From: a virus
Lineage: Duplodnaviria > Caudoviricetes
IMG/VR virus record: IMGVR_UViG_3300006867_000088
Location: 1-24,835 of that record
Direction: 5' to 3' (one strand)
DNA length: 24,835 nucleotides
A program made the position numbers and the translations under genes. Shown in pieces: positions 23,182 through 24,835 of the stretch. Positions within the stretch are counted from its first letter, which is position 1, and each line of letters opens with the position of its first letter. The notes below the pieces were generated by a model. It saw nothing but the letters and a program-made list of their open reading frames with translations, did not search any database and had not been told where the DNA came from.

Positions 23182-23490
23182 ATGAGCAGCATCAACATGC
23201 AAACGAAGCAAACCATCAGCAACATTCGCTTCCGCGCACACGGACTACGCAACCGATTCAGCAACAAAGACCCGCAACACACAGAGCACGTTCAACAAAT
23301 CATCATCAATGGTGAGACAGAATTCTTCAATATCAAGGCATCATTGACAGTTGACGAAGCAGCATCTCTCGCCATTGAACTGCTCGAATCCATTGAACAA
23401 GTAAAGGCTGATGTCACCGAACGCGATGCCATCGAACTGCGGTTTTTCGTGGACTTGTTGACCGCGAAATACAACCGGACCAACGCGTAA
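23182..23490 (+). CDS. Hypothetical protein
   Basis: GGGAGG RBS; 102 aa. Confidence 0.75.
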   Translation: MSSINMQTKQTISNIRFRAHGLRNRFSNKDPQHTEHVQQIIINGETEFFNIKASLTVDEAASLAIELLESIEQVKADVTERDAIELRFFVDLLTAKYNRTNA

Positions 23491-23507
23491 CCGGGGAGGA
23501 ACACATC

Positions 23508-23675
23508 ATGTACGAATTCAGCCACGACACAATCCCGCACAGTAAAACCACGGAACTGTATATTCGCTGCGCTCACGTTGACGAATACGGCACATCAACA
23601 ACCGGCATCAGCATCACACCGGAAGCACTACCCGAACTGATCGCCTACCTGCAAACGTTGTCGGAGGAATCATGA
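23508..23675 (+). CDS. 55-aa hypothetical protein
   Basis: GGGGAGG RBS; MYEFSHDTIPHSK...GISITPEALPELIAYLQTLSEES. Confidence 0.7.
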   Translation: MYEFSHDTIPHSKTTELYIRCAHVDEYGTSTTGISITPEALPELIAYLQTLSEES

Positions 23676-23842
23676 ACGTTGCCAAATGCATCACTTCACC
23701 GCAACGCGGAGAGGCTTATTTCACTTGCGCACGATGCGGCAAAGTCAATGGGTTTCATCGGCGCGGAGCCGTCAAACGCGCAAAGGATTGGGGTAAGGAA
23801 CACAAGCAGTATTGCAAGGGTAAGCCGGGAGAATCCTCGTGA
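23672..23842 (+). CDS. 56-aa basic Zn-finger-like protein
   Basis: GGAGG RBS, ATGA overlap; CARCG...H...C. Confidence 0.6.
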   Translation: MNVAKCITSPQRGEAYFTCARCGKVNGFHRRGAVKRAKDWGKEHKQYCKGKPGESS

Positions 23843-24168
23843 TCCCCGGCGGCATGAGTGATCTACCAATACCCGAACAAGATCCCACAGACTGCACCTG
23901 CGAGACGAAACAGGCGTGTTACTGCTACGACAACGGACACACCGGAGAACCCTCCTGCGTTGCCTGTGGAGCCGACACGACCCCTGTACGGCAATGCGAT
24001 GCGTGCGGACAGTCTTACGTGAAGTCACATCTAGGCGATTTCGGTTTATGCCGCGCCTGCGAGATAGCCGAACAAGGCATCAGGAACATGATCGCAGACG
24101 AAGTGCGCGTGATCCTTCATGACTACGAACAAGCCGTGTTGAACCGCATACGCAACATCATGCGATGA
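23839..24168 (+). CDS. Cys-rich hypothetical protein
   Basis: Several CxxC/CxC motifs; GTGA overlap. Confidence 0.6.
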   Translation: MIPGGMSDLPIPEQDPTDCTCETKQACYCYDNGHTGEPSCVACGADTTPVRQCDACGQSYVKSHLGDFGLCRACEIAEQGIRNMIADEVRVILHDYEQAVLNRIRNIMR

Positions 24169-24202
24169 ACACACAAACAATCCACAACACCTAGTGTCAT
24201 CC

Positions 24203-24231
24203 TTGTAATTCAACCCGCGTGCCGTTACTAT
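24203..24231 (+). promoter_or_regulatory. Putative late/packaging-operon promoter (TTGTAA-17-TACTAT)
   Basis: Intergenic, correctly spaced, upstream of the genes leading to the terminal HNH. Confidence 0.45.
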
Positions 24232-24294
24232 GCAATAAGATCACCACTAGACTACCCACCGCGTAACGCGGTCCCTTTCTGTTATGGAGCCGGT

Positions 24295-24453
24295 ATGAGC
24301 GTCGCCATCGCAGACACCGCAACCATTCCAGAAATAGACGAAGCACTCAGACACCTAAGCCTCGTGCCACTACCCGAACGCGGCACCGGATGGCACGCCT
24401 ACTCAGACGCGCTCCTAGAACGCAGACGCATCCTAGAAACGGACCACGCATGA
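24295..24453 (+). CDS. 52-aa hypothetical protein
   Basis: GGAG RBS; MSVAIADTATIPEIDEALRHL...DALLERRRIL; ATGA-coupled to the next gene. Confidence 0.65.
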   Translation: MSVAIADTATIPEIDEALRHLSLVPLPERGTGWHAYSDALLERRRILETDHA

Positions 24454-24635
24454 ACCGCAGCGAAATCGAAAAGATCATCAAGGAAGCCACCGGCAACCCC
24501 GACACCGGAGCAATCCACGAATGGACACCGAAGATCGCTGACGCACTCGCAGAAGCCATGAACCCCAAGACACGAACCAAAACCAAAAACGAAACTGAAA
24601 CTCGCTTGATGACCCCCCAAGGGGACACCCGCTGA
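24450..24635 (+). CDS. 61-aa hypothetical protein
   Basis: MNRSEIEKIIKEATGNPDTGAI...; ATGA overlap. Confidence 0.65.
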   Translation: MNRSEIEKIIKEATGNPDTGAIHEWTPKIADALAEAMNPKTRTKTKNETETRLMTPQGDTR

Positions 24636-24835
24636 AACTCCCCCGGCCATGCCTAGGGTGCGGCACACTCACCCGTAGCACACGCTGCGACCCCTGCACC
24701 AAACAATCAAGACAACACTACGCAGGAAACTACCAACAACGCTCCCGTGACGTACGAGCCGCCGCACAAACCTGCTGGATCTGCGGCCAAGGGGAACGCA
24801 TAGGGGATCCGTGGACAGCAGACCACTACTACCCC
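24632..24835 (+). CDS. HNH endonuclease, probably packaging-associated (3' truncated; apparent CTG start)
   Basis: LPRPCLGCG...RCDPC...CWICG...DPWTADH. No ATG/GTG/TTG in frame after the stop at 24596-24598. Confidence 0.75.
   Translation, partial: MKLPRPCLGCGTLTRSTRCDPCTKQSRQHYAGNYQQRSRDVRAAAQTCWICGQGERIGDPWTADHYYP

Noticed and set aside
23679-23861. 60-aa ORF from the track
   Set aside because: The alternative frame 23672-23842 has a GGAGG RBS and ATGA/GTGA coupling on both sides.
1-24835. tRNA, integrase/attP, terminase, portal, LysB
   Set aside because: None recognised. Terminase and portal probably lie just outside the window, so lifestyle cannot be determined here.

Overview
This window holds most of the genome of a tailed dsDNA phage (siphovirus-like) infecting an actinobacterium. 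The host call rests on WhiB, an r1t-like holin, an Rpf-like transglycosylase and GGGAGG-type RBSs. Almost all genes are on the + strand. In order: HK97-type prohead protease and major capsid; three glycosyltransferases inserted in the head module; neck and tail genes, with a -1 frameshifted tail assembly chaperone, tape measure and three paralogous tail-tip proteins; holin and amidase; an exonuclease and DUF6378-like block interrupted by self-contained promoter-ORF-terminator cassettes; a recombination/replication operon (Rad52-like SSAP, HNH, Hjc-like resolvase, WhiB, SSB, RHH, HTH initiator with internal 22-bp iterons); an early small-ORF operon; and the start of the packaging region (HNH, truncated). 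No terminase, portal, integrase, tRNA or CRISPR is visible. The most striking signals are non-coding. (1) Two complete pseudoknotted type II hammerhead ribozymes each sit exactly between a stop codon and the next RBS and bracket a 51-aa ORF. (2) A candidate sRNA has two anti-Shine-Dalgarno loops complementary to the early-gene RBSs. (3) A 9-bp operator recurs in four promoters. (4) Complementary GGCAGG/CCTGCC motifs recur in structured leaders. (5) Twin bulged hairpins precede the capsid gene. All protein calls come from motif recognition and synteny only; no database searches were run.
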